From the NCBI GenBank assembly GCA_021778845.1, contig JAJYBU010000006.1:15677-79676 (forward strand): DNA of 64,000 nt, in the 5' to 3' direction. The notes under the pieces were generated by a model. That model was not told the origin of the DNA. It ran no database searches and worked only from the letters and a program-made list of their open reading frames with translations. The position numbers and the translations under genes are program-made. Within the stretch, counting starts at the first letter, position 1. Every line of letters begins with the position of its first letter. The DNA is from Acidobacteriota bacterium (GTDB lineage Bacteria > Acidobacteriota > Terriglobia > Terriglobales > Acidobacteriaceae). Below, piece after piece: positions 1-8,244 of the stretch.

Positions 1-334
1 GGAAGACGGGCGCGGGCTCGCAGAGGGTGTAGCCGGCGGAGTGGAGGGTGCGGAACGTTGCGTCGATGTCGGCGACGTCGAAGGCGATGTGGTCGATGTG
101 ACCGTTGGAGCGGGAGCGGATCTCGTGGAGCGCCGCGGCGGGGAGTTCGTAGAGTTCGAGGGTGACGTCTCCGCGCTGCATCATGGAGACGCGGCCGGTG
201 CCCTCGGGGTGAGGGAAGGTTGAGGACATGACGTCGGTGAAGCCTAGGCCTGCGTAGAAGGCTTTGGAGGCGGCGAGGTCGGAGACCGGGAGGCCGGTGT
301 GCTGGATGCGTTGGATGTCGAGGTCGAGGCTCAC
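1..334 (-). CDS. VOC/glyoxalase family protein (3' end runs off window)
   Basis: Manual translation from GTG at 334: MSLDLDIQRIQHTGLPVSDLAASKAFYAGLGF...LELYE...IDHIAFDVADID; typical VOC motifs; absent from ORF track because it is truncated. Confidence 0.85.
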   Translation of the reverse strand, partial: MSLDLDIQRIQHTGLPVSDLAASKAFYAGLGFTDVMSSTFPHPEGTGRVSMMQRGDVTLELYELPAAALHEIRSRSNGHIDHIAFDVADIDATFRTLHSAGYTLCEPAPVF

Positions 335-343
335 GCGATTAGT

Positions 344-739
344 TTACTTGCTGGCGGGTGAAGCGGGACGCGAGATGCGGCGAAAGAAGATGGCCGCGCC
401 GAGCATGGGGACGCCGAGGAAGAGCAGACTGGCGCCGATGAGGCCGGTGACGGCGTCGGCGGTGTTGCGGCCGGCGGTGAGGGTGAGGACCAGGTTGACG
501 ATGCCGCCGACGAAGAGGAGAGCGCTGGCGGCGCGTGGCTGGAAGAGTCCCAGAAGGAGCAGCAGAGGGAAGGCCATGGCGAGAGTCTGGACAGCGAGGG
601 CGGCGGCGGTGAGGGGCGAGCCCTGGTGGACAGCGGTGTAGAAGACGTGAAGGCTGACGCCGCAGAGGAGCGCGCTGTAGAGGACCAGCGCGCCGGCGAG
701 GATGCGGTTGGGGATGGACCAGTGCGTGGGGTTAGGCAT
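344..739 (-). CDS. Hypothetical integral membrane protein (about 4 TM)
   Basis: 131 aa, strongly hydrophobic, C-ending codons like neighbouring minus-strand genes, directly downstream of aspS. Confidence 0.75.
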   Translation of the reverse strand: MPNPTHWSIPNRILAGALVLYSALLCGVSLHVFYTAVHQGSPLTAAALAVQTLAMAFPLLLLLGLFQPRAASALLFVGGIVNLVLTLTAGRNTADAVTGLIGASLLFLGVPMLGAAIFFRRISRPASPASK

Positions 740-745
740 GGGGCG

Positions 746-2602
746 TCAGCTCCGGGTGGCTACGCGGAGGCTGAGCTCGCGGAGTTGCTGGTCGCTGACG
801 GTGGTGGGCGCGTCGACCATGAGGTCGATGGCTTTGGCGGTCTTGGGGAAGGCGATGACCTCGCGGAGAGAGGATGCGCCGGCGAGGATCATGACGATGC
901 GGTCGAGACCGAGGGCGATGCCGCCGTGCGGCGGGGTGCCGTACTCGAGTGCGTCGAGGAAGAAGCCGAAGCGGGCCTTGGCTTCCTCGTCGGACATGCC
1001 GAGCGAGCGGAAGATTTCGGACTGCACATCCTTGCGGTGAATACGGATGGAGCCGGAGCCGAGCTCGGTGCCGTTGAGGACGATGTCGTAGGCGAGGGCG
1101 CGAACGGAGCCCTTGTCGTTGACCAGAGCGCCGGACTTGATGTCCTCCTCGTGCGGCGAGGTGAAGGGATGATGCGCGGCGTCCCAGTTCTTGGTCTCCT
1201 CGTTCCACTCGTACATGGGGAAGTCGGTGACCCAGAGGAACTTGAAGTCGGCGGCGGTGTGGGTCTGCTCGAAGAGCTTGTGCTTGTCGGCGTATTTCTT
1301 TGCGAGTTCGAGGCGGAGTGCGCCGACGCGCTTGTAGATCCACTGCGGATCGTAGTTCCAGAGAGCTGGTGTGCCGGGCTTGGGGGTGACGACGACGGCG
1401 AGGTCTTCTGGTATGAGCGCAGCGTTGTGGAATCGTTGAAGTTCTTCGGAGAGCTTTGTGGCGATGGACTCGGCGAGCGGGGTGAAGGCCTCGTTGGTGC
1501 GGAGGCGCGCGAGGTCGAGGAGGTCGAGGCCGGAGTCGCCGAAGAAGGCGCGGATCTCGCTGAGGAGAGCCTTGCGGGCGGTGCCGCTGAGTTCGCCGAC
1601 GCGGGGGATGGTGAAGCCGAGGACGGGAAGAGTGGGGTCGATCTTGAGGGTGCTGCGGAGTTCAGCGGTGAGCGTGGCGGAGAGGTCGACGATGGCGGGG
1701 AGGCGCATGTCGGGCTTGTCGATGCCGTAGCGCGTGATGGCCTGGTCGTAGGTCATCTGGATGAAGGGCTCGGTGCCGAGGTCGATGCCCGCGGCGGAGA
1801 AGGCGGCGCGGAGGAAGCCTTCGGCGGTGGCAAAGATGGTGGACATCTGCGGGAAGGAGATTTCGAGGTCGATCTGGGTGAACTCGGGCTGGCGGTCAGC
1901 GCGGAGGTCTTCGTCGCGGAAGCAGCGGGCGATCTGGAAGTAGCGGTCGAAGCCGGAGATCATGAGGATCTGCTTGAAGATCTGCGGGGACTGCGGGAGA
2001 GCGTAGAAGTGGCCGGGATGGACGCGGCTGGGGACGAGGTAGTCGCGCGCGCCTTCCGGGGTGCTGCGGGTCATGAAGGGGGTTTCGATCTCGAGGAAGC
2101 CCTGGGAGACGAGGTAGTTGCGGATGGCCATGGCGACGCGGCTGCGCAGGGCGAAGTTGTGCTGCATCTCGGCGCGGCGGAGGTCGATGTAGCGATACTG
2201 GAGACGCACTTCCTCGTTGGCGATGGCGTCTTCGGCGGGCGAGAAGGGAGGTGTCTTCGCGTCGTTGAGGAGCAGGAGCGAGTGGGCGACGAGCTCGACT
2301 TCGCCGGTGGGCATGTTGGGATTGACGAGTCCTTCACCACGCTTGCGCAGGATGCCGGTGACGGCGATGACGTACTCGGAGCGCGCGGCTTCGGCCTTGG
2401 CGTGCGCTTCAGGGGAGACTTCCTTGTCGAGGACGACTTGCGTGATGCCGGAGCGGTCGCGGAGGTCGAGGAAGATGAGGTTGCCGTGGTCGCGGCGGCG
2501 GTTGACCCAGCCCATGAGGGTGATGGTTTCGCCGGAGTGGGTGCTGCGCAGGTCGCCGCACAGATGCGTGCGCTGGAGGGTGCCTAGGAAGTCGAGAGTC
2601 AC
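746..2602 (-). CDS. aspS: Aspartyl-tRNA synthetase (probably non-discriminating type)
   Basis: RTHLCG, RRRDHGNLIFLDLRDRSG, STPEGARDYLVPSR, ALPQSPQIFKQ, FRDEDLRADRQPEFTQID, GTPPHGGIALGLDR; the His in RDHG is typical of ND-AspRS. Confidence 0.98.
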   Translation of the reverse strand: MTLDFLGTLQRTHLCGDLRSTHSGETITLMGWVNRRRDHGNLIFLDLRDRSGITQVVLDKEVSPEAHAKAEAARSEYVIAVTGILRKRGEGLVNPNMPTGEVELVAHSLLLLNDAKTPPFSPAEDAIANEEVRLQYRYIDLRRAEMQHNFALRSRVAMAIRNYLVSQGFLEIETPFMTRSTPEGARDYLVPSRVHPGHFYALPQSPQIFKQILMISGFDRYFQIARCFRDEDLRADRQPEFTQIDLEISFPQMSTIFATAEGFLRAAFSAAGIDLGTEPFIQMTYDQAITRYGIDKPDMRLPAIVDLSATLTAELRSTLKIDPTLPVLGFTIPRVGELSGTARKALLSEIRAFFGDSGLDLLDLARLRTNEAFTPLAESIATKLSEELQRFHNAALIPEDLAVVVTPKPGTPALWNYDPQWIYKRVGALRLELAKKYADKHKLFEQTHTAADFKFLWVTDFPMYEWNEETKNWDAAHHPFTSPHEEDIKSGALVNDKGSVRALAYDIVLNGTELGSGSIRIHRKDVQSEIFRSLGMSDEEAKARFGFFLDALEYGTPPHGGIALGLDRIVMILAGASSLREVIAFPKTAKAIDLMVDAPTTVSDQQLRELSLRVATRS

Positions 2603-2609
2603 AATCCTT

Positions 2610-4280
2610 CTATTGTACGAAGTTTGGAGGCTGACTCCGAATCCCGGTGAGAGCTTCGGCGAGTTTTGCGCGCGGAATTTTGACTTGCTCGCCGGTGGCG
2701 AAGGTTTTTACGGTGGCGATGTTGGTGGCAACTTCATCTTCGCCGAGGAGGATGATGTGGCGGGCCAGGGTGTCGGCGATGTCGAAGGACTTGCGGAGTT
2801 TGAAGGCGCCGTCGCCTACTTCTACCTTGAGGCCGGCGGTGCGGAGTTCGCGGGCCAGGGCGAGGGCGGCGGGGTTCTGGGCTGGGGCCAGGGGAGCGAT
2901 GTAGGCGTCCAGTTTGGGCGGGGCGGTCGAGGTGTTGTCGGCTTCGGCCTGTGCCTGAAGGGTAAGGATGAGGCGGTCTTCGCCGATGGCGAAGCCGATG
3001 CCGGGGGCGCGCGGGCCGCCCAGCATCTCGGAGAGGCCGTCGTAGCGGCCGCCGCCGAGGAGGGCGTTCTGGGTGCCGAGACCGGTGGTGACGGTGAACT
3101 CGAAGGTGGTGCGGGTGTAGTAGTCGAGGCCGCGGACGAGGCGCGGGTTGAGGTGGTAGGGGATACCGCAGGCGTCGAGGGCGGCGAGGACCTGGTCGAA
3201 GTGGGCTTTGGATTCGGGGCCGAGGTAGTCGGCGATTTTGGGCAGGGCGTTGATGAGGTCCTGATCGGCTTCGTCCTTGCTGTCGAGGACGCGGAGCGGG
3301 TTGGTGTCGGCGCGGCGCTGGTTGTCGGGGCAGAGCTGGTGCTTGATGGGTTGCAGGGCTTGGCGGAGGGCGGCGTTGTAGCGGACGCGGTCCTCGGAGC
3401 TGCCGACGGAGTTGAGTTCGAGACGCCAGTCGCGGATGCCTAGCTCGGTGAGGAGGCTGGCGAGCATCTCGAGGATCTCGGCGTCGCGGAGAGGGGATTC
3501 CGCGCCGGAGGATTGCGGTCCGATGACTTCGGCGCCGATCTGCCAGAACTGGCGGTAGCGTCCGCGCTGAGGACGCTCGCGGCGGAACTGCGGGCCGATG
3601 TAGTAGAGCTTTTGCAGGTTGCCGGTGTTGCCGAGCTGGTGCTCGATGTAGGCGCGGACGACTCCGGCGGTGGATTCCGGGCGGAGGGTGAGGGACTGGG
3701 ACGAGCGGTTGAACTCTCCAAAAGCATATTCGACCACGAGATCGGGACCGGGATGCTCCTCTTGTTTGTTAGGCACCGACGAAGCTACGACGATACGTTT
3801 TTTTGCGGGTGGATTGTGACCGAGGTGTCGCTGAGATTCTTGCACCTTCCGGATTGTTTCAACGTCCAACCGTCCGTGGAAAGCTACGAGTTCGTATGTG
3901 CCAGACCTGTAGCGCACTTCTGCATCAAATGTGCCGTCAGATTGTTGCTTTGCGCTGCTAATACGGCCACTCGAGCGAGTCCACCAGTCGTAAAGCATCG
4001 CTTTATCAAAGCGCTCACCATCATCCCAGGTGAACATTTCCTTGCTGACGATGTCGGTCTCTTCGCCGACGCCGCGAGCGAAGAGTTCGGTGGTTTCGAA
4101 GATCGGGGTGCGGATTTCGCCGAAGCCGTAGCGGGCGAAGAGGGCGCGGGCGGTGGCCTCGACGTGGTTCCAGAGCGGGGTCTGGTCAGGGAGCAGGTCG
4201 CGGGTGCCGCGGACGGCCTTGAGGGTGGGGCGAGCCGGGGTTTTGGGGGACTTCGGCGCGGGGTTCTTGCTTTCGGTCAT
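2610..4280 (-). CDS. hisS: Histidyl-tRNA synthetase with an internal insertion of about 105 aa
   Basis: VRGTRD, RTPIFE, DIVSKEMF, LRPESTAG, FRRERPQRGRYRQF, LVRGLDYY, GGGRYDGL, C-terminal anticodon domain; 556 aa versus the usual ~420-450. Confidence 0.97.
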   Translation of the reverse strand: MTESKNPAPKSPKTPARPTLKAVRGTRDLLPDQTPLWNHVEATARALFARYGFGEIRTPIFETTELFARGVGEETDIVSKEMFTWDDGERFDKAMLYDWWTRSSGRISSAKQQSDGTFDAEVRYRSGTYELVAFHGRLDVETIRKVQESQRHLGHNPPAKKRIVVASSVPNKQEEHPGPDLVVEYAFGEFNRSSQSLTLRPESTAGVVRAYIEHQLGNTGNLQKLYYIGPQFRRERPQRGRYRQFWQIGAEVIGPQSSGAESPLRDAEILEMLASLLTELGIRDWRLELNSVGSSEDRVRYNAALRQALQPIKHQLCPDNQRRADTNPLRVLDSKDEADQDLINALPKIADYLGPESKAHFDQVLAALDACGIPYHLNPRLVRGLDYYTRTTFEFTVTTGLGTQNALLGGGRYDGLSEMLGGPRAPGIGFAIGEDRLILTLQAQAEADNTSTAPPKLDAYIAPLAPAQNPAALALARELRTAGLKVEVGDGAFKLRKSFDIADTLARHIILLGEDEVATNIATVKTFATGEQVKIPRAKLAEALTGIRSQPPNFVQ

Positions 4281-4346
4281 AGAGATACAGTCTATCGTCC
4301 TGCACGAACGGCCAGAGGCTTCGCGTGGGGTGGAAAGGACGGTATC

Positions 4347-4630
4347 CCCACCCCCCCTCCCCCCCCGACTTTTTCTCGTAAAGTATTCAGGCGGATGAGG
4401 TTAAGTCTGTTTTGCCTGTAAGGTATTCTATCCAGGATGGTTACGGGTAAGATATTGCTTGTAAAGGGGTTAGCGGCCGCGTGAGGCGGGGGTGGGGCCT
4501 GGCTTTGATCCCTACTTCTATTGTAGTGAGTTGATGGGGGGTACTATGCCAGGTTTTGAAAATATAAATCGCCTTTGTTTATAGGGGGTTTGGCGATTTC
4601 ATGGTCCGCGAGGGGCTTGACGGCAATTTC
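4347..4630. repeat. Dispersed non-coding element of about 280 bp, copy 1
   Basis: Aligns by eye with 32548-32825: poly-C, three TAA-N19-TTA boxes, TTTGATCCCTACTTCTATTGTAGTGAG, AAATATAAATCGCCTTTGTTTATAGGGGGTTT, GGGGCTTGAC. Confidence 0.92.
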
Positions 4631-4766
4631 GGTGGCGACCGATCCGTAGCCGAAGCGCTCGAGTAGTACGGTCCATTATGGCAGGGGACAAGAAGTAGCC
4701 CAGGAACGTTGGGTCGCCCAAGCTTAGGAGCGTGCGGCACGCACCGGGATTGAAGCTGAAGGGGCA

Positions 4767-4807
4767 AACAGCAAGGGCACGGAGATGGACTCCGTGCCCT
4801 TGCTGTT
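4767..4807 (-). terminator. Intrinsic terminator hairpin after the TonB-dependent receptor
   Basis: AACAGCAAGGGCACGGAG-atgga-CTCCGTGCCCTTGCTGTT, perfect 18-bp stem 14 nt past the stop. Confidence 0.8.
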
Positions 4808-4820
4808 GCGAACTGCACCG

Positions 4821-7637
4821 TTAGAACTGATAGGTGATGGTGCCGTAGATGGTGCGTGGAGCCCCTGGATAGGCGTTGATGTAGCCGCTGGCGTTCGGGT
4901 TGAGGGAGGCGAAGTAGCCGCCGCTGGAGATGTACTCGTATCCGTTGTACTGACTATTTGCCAGATTCAGCATATCGACCCGGAGGTTGAAGGACTGACT
5001 CTTGAGCGTGATCGGAGCGTTGAACGAGAGGTTCAACGTGGTGTAGGCCGGCATGGTCTGCGTGGTGGGTGCTCCGGTATTGTTCGACCAGAGGTTCTGA
5101 GTGCCGGTCGACTGAATGTCGAGCCGAGGCTCGACGACGGTGCGGCCGTGGTACTGGATTCCGTAATAGAGTCCGGCGTTGACTGTGACCTTGGGGACAT
5201 AGGAGACCGGAAGGTTGTTGTAGAACGCGCAACCGGCAGCGGGATTGGCAGGGGTGCCGCAGGCGGCGATTGGACCACCGGTGACGTAGGTTGTAAAGTT
5301 CGCTGACTCCGCAGCGAAGTTGAACATGAAGTGGATATTGCTGCGGGGGTCGGCGTCAAAGAAGGCATCGACGCCGTGATAGGTGGAGTTGCCGCCGCTG
5401 GTTTCCACGACGCCGAGAGCTGTTTCGACGTCAATTTCCTGATTGGTGTAGTCGTTGTGGAAGTAGCTGACGCCGGCGATGAAGTTCCGGAGTGCGGGAG
5501 CGTTGGTGAAGTGAACCTTGCCGCCAAATTGAGCGTAGGCGCCCTTGGCGAGGATGTAGTAGTTGGGGTTTACGGCCTGGAACATGCCGCCGCCGCCGCC
5601 CAGGGCGGGCGAACGATAGATGGTGTCATAGCCGCCATAGATGGTGAGCCACTCGTAGGGCGTTATGGAGGCATCGACGCCGGGTTCAACGGCAGAGCGG
5701 CTCTCATGGGCTCCGCAGAGTGAGCCGGCGTCCTTGGTCAGGCTGCCGTCGGAGGTGGGGACGGGATTTCCCCAGAGGTTGTAGTAGGGGTCTGAGGCCC
5801 TGCTGCCGGTTTGCGGGTCCAGCGAGCAGTGGGTCTGATAGACAGGAGTGGTCGTCGGTGTGATTGTGCCGTCAGCGGCCTGGGAGAAGTAGGTGCTGGA
5901 GGCGAAGGTGAAGTCGCGCGCCGCCTCATTGTTGTAATCGGTGGAGAAGCCGTCGACGCGCACACTGGGGATGATGTGAACCTGGGGGATGGGGTGGATG
6001 TCGTCCTGAGCGAAGAATGTGACGTTGTCCTGCTGGAAGTAGCCGGAGCGGAACTTCGACCCTGCGCCGACGATCTGTTTGGCGCCGTCGCCGCCATCGG
6101 CTGGACTGTAGAAGAGGTTGTGGGTGTTGTAGACCTCGTGAATGAGGTAGCCGCCGAACTGAACGGTGTTGTACGGGAGGACCTGGGTGAAGTTGATGCG
6201 GTCGCCAAACATGTTGCTGTGGGGGTTGTTCCACTCGTCGACCTGGGCACCCTGCGCGAGGGCATCCTGATTGCGGCGGTGGAAGCGGCGAATGTGGGTG
6301 TACCAGGTGGAGTTTTCGAGCGTGGAGGTGTGGCTGAGATGCATCCGCTCACGCACGTAGGTCATGAACATTTCGTTGGTGTCGTACTTGTTGTAGGCGG
6401 CGTAGGGGAGCGCGCTGTAGAAGCCGCTGGTGGCCTGGCTGAAATGGATGCCGCTGGTGGGTTCGATGAGCTGCTGGTCGGTGGTGGGAATTACCGTGGG
6501 ACGATAGCCGCCACCCTTGGCGTACAGGACGCCGAAGGCAAGGCTGCCGGCTGAGAAGGTCTTGACGGTCTTGCCGAAGACGGAGCCGTTTTTGGAGGGG
6601 TTGCCGAAGCCGTCGGGAGCACGGCGGAAGTCGTCGCCGCGACCGACGCCGCCGCCTACCACGGTGGCCCAGTCTTTGAAGGACCCGGTGTTGCCGACAA
6701 AGGCGAAGTTTTGCTGGCCGAAGGGACCGTCGGTGACGGCAGCGCTGAGGTGGCGGTCGACGGTGGGCTGGATGGGCGTGAACTCGACGCGGCCGCCTTC
6801 GTCGGTGTACCAGCGATCGGCTGCCTGGCCGGGGCCGTAGGTTACCTGCACGTCCTGGATGACGAGGTTTTGCGGCATGGTGGCGGACTGCCAGAGACCG
6901 GTGGCGGGGTCGGCGACAGGAATGCCGTCATAGGTGATGCCGAGGGAGCCGGGCGCTGTGAAACTGGACGCCTCGCCCGCCCAGCCCTGCTGGATTCCGT
7001 TGAGGAGAACGGTGTACTTCTGGCCGCCCGTATTGCCGTAGCCGACAACGTTTGCGCCGGGCGTGGCGGCGAGCATCTGCGCGCCGCCGGCGACTGGACC
7101 AGCCACGTCCAACTGCTTGCGGTCGAGCACGCGGACGGTTTCCGGCATCATCATGACGTCCTCGCGGGTGGGGACGGGCGTGGCTTCGGGATCAACGGTT
7201 CCGCGCACGATGACGCTGTCGGTGAGCTTCGCCACCTGTAGCGCAGCGGTGATGGTGCGCTGGGTCGCGGGAGAGAAACGCAGGGTGAAGGACTCGAAAC
7301 CTGACTTCTCAACGCTGATGACCTTTGGCCCGGCAAGCACGTTGTTGAAGACAAACTCGCCGGCTGAATCGGAGGTGGTGTGAATGACGGTGTTGGTGGC
7401 GAGATCCGTTAGCGAGACAACGGCCTGAGGAATGATGGCTCCGGTGGAGTCAACCACCTTGCCCTGAATGGTGGGAATGGTCTTGATGGATGGGGTCGCG
7501 GCGGTGACGTCAGTGGCCAGCATCGCGGCGTTGGTGGTGCCTGTGACGGCGTTGTGGATTCCGGTGCCGGACTGGGCGTGGGCGGTGAAGCAGGATGCCA
7601 CGAGGAGAGACAGCAGGGCAAGACGTTTGTAAATCAA
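4821..7637 (-). CDS. TonB-dependent outer membrane receptor with N-terminal carboxypeptidase-regulatory-like domain
   Basis: Signal peptide, GKVVDSTGAIIPQA domain, plug region, beta-barrel ending PGAPRTIYGTITYQF (terminal Phe); GGAGG RBS before the TTG start. Confidence 0.9.
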   Translation of the reverse strand: MIYKRLALLSLLVASCFTAHAQSGTGIHNAVTGTTNAAMLATDVTAATPSIKTIPTIQGKVVDSTGAIIPQAVVSLTDLATNTVIHTTSDSAGEFVFNNVLAGPKVISVEKSGFESFTLRFSPATQRTITAALQVAKLTDSVIVRGTVDPEATPVPTREDVMMMPETVRVLDRKQLDVAGPVAGGAQMLAATPGANVVGYGNTGGQKYTVLLNGIQQGWAGEASSFTAPGSLGITYDGIPVADPATGLWQSATMPQNLVIQDVQVTYGPGQAADRWYTDEGGRVEFTPIQPTVDRHLSAAVTDGPFGQQNFAFVGNTGSFKDWATVVGGGVGRGDDFRRAPDGFGNPSKNGSVFGKTVKTFSAGSLAFGVLYAKGGGYRPTVIPTTDQQLIEPTSGIHFSQATSGFYSALPYAAYNKYDTNEMFMTYVRERMHLSHTSTLENSTWYTHIRRFHRRNQDALAQGAQVDEWNNPHSNMFGDRINFTQVLPYNTVQFGGYLIHEVYNTHNLFYSPADGGDGAKQIVGAGSKFRSGYFQQDNVTFFAQDDIHPIPQVHIIPSVRVDGFSTDYNNEAARDFTFASSTYFSQAADGTITPTTTPVYQTHCSLDPQTGSRASDPYYNLWGNPVPTSDGSLTKDAGSLCGAHESRSAVEPGVDASITPYEWLTIYGGYDTIYRSPALGGGGGMFQAVNPNYYILAKGAYAQFGGKVHFTNAPALRNFIAGVSYFHNDYTNQEIDVETALGVVETSGGNSTYHGVDAFFDADPRSNIHFMFNFAAESANFTTYVTGGPIAACGTPANPAAGCAFYNNLPVSYVPKVTVNAGLYYGIQYHGRTVVEPRLDIQSTGTQNLWSNNTGAPTTQTMPAYTTLNLSFNAPITLKSQSFNLRVDMLNLANSQYNGYEYISSGGYFASLNPNASGYINAYPGAPRTIYGTITYQF

Positions 7638-7745
7638 AGAGCCTCCAAGATGAAACGAGTGCGACGATGCGAACGCCCGGAGCGATGAGTGCTGGATCAG
7701 TTCGTGTCGCTTGCTGAGATGGTCTCTGAGCAGGATGTATGCGGA

Positions 7746-7772
7746 GTTACAGGAACGTTAACGGTTCGTGAC
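7746..7772 (-). promoter_or_regulatory. Pho-box-like / OmpR-family direct repeats upstream of the TBDR
   Basis: Minus strand GTCAC-N6-TTAAC-N6-GTAAC, exact 11-bp period. Confidence 0.45.
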
Positions 7773-7892
7773 TCGCAGCGATTGCGCGCGGAAAATCGCG
7801 GAATGTGGAGGCTAAGCTCCGGGGGTGAGTGGGGCGTGAATGTGGCGTGGCGTTTCGGATAGAATGCGGGAGTGGAACTGGAGGGGGTTGCG

Positions 7893-8006
7893 ATGAGTGA
7901 GAAGAAACAACATGAGGCGTGGATCGATCGGTGGTGGCCGCTGCTGCTGATTATTTTTGGAGTAGGCTGCGTGGGGATCCTGGTGCTGTTTCATCCCATG
8001 CACTAA
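7893..8006 (+). CDS. Small membrane protein (37 aa)
   Basis: MSEKKQHEAWIDRWWPLLLIIFGVGCVGILVLFHPMH; GGAGG RBS upstream; single TM helix. Confidence 0.65.
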   Translation: MSEKKQHEAWIDRWWPLLLIIFGVGCVGILVLFHPMH

Positions 8007-8032
8007 AGGGATTAGCAACAGCAACGGCAAAA

Positions 8033-8072
8033 GCTAATACGTAGGTCCATCGCTTCGCTCTGGATGACGGCG
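8033..8072. repeat. REP-like 40-bp palindromic repeat, copy A
   Basis: 35/40 identical to 32882-32921 (...TCC(A/T)TCGCT(T/G)CGCTCTGGATGACGGCG). Confidence 0.75.
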
Positions 8073-8244
8073 AGGAACAGGTAGCGCCGGCGGCATGAGC
8101 GGCTGCCTGCGTGGGTGCGGATCGATGGTTGGTGGTGGGTTGGTGGATGGTGGAAAGCTGGTGGTGAGAAAGTTGTTCACGCAGGGAGCGGGGCAGCGTA
8201 CACTTTCGTCAATTTGAAGCAGTGCAATTTGAAGGAGCGTTGCT

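Noticed and set aside
626-2587. 653-aa plus-strand ORF and similar long antisense ORFs (e.g. 33811-36099 -, 35423-36661 +, 36883-38094 +, 47810-49237 -)
   Set aside because: They are shadows of clearly identified genes on the opposite strand; high GC and codon bias suppress antisense stops, and no family motifs are present.
3705-4022. HisRS insert as an intein or self-splicing intron
   Set aside because: No Cys/Ser start with a His-Asn/Cys-Ser-Thr end and no recognisable group I/II intron boundaries; it reads through in frame, so it is kept as a domain insertion.
4379-4472. TAA-N19-TTA boxes as a mini-CRISPR array
   Set aside because: The repeats are degenerate internally, the linkers are only 15 and 4 bp, and there are no cas genes.
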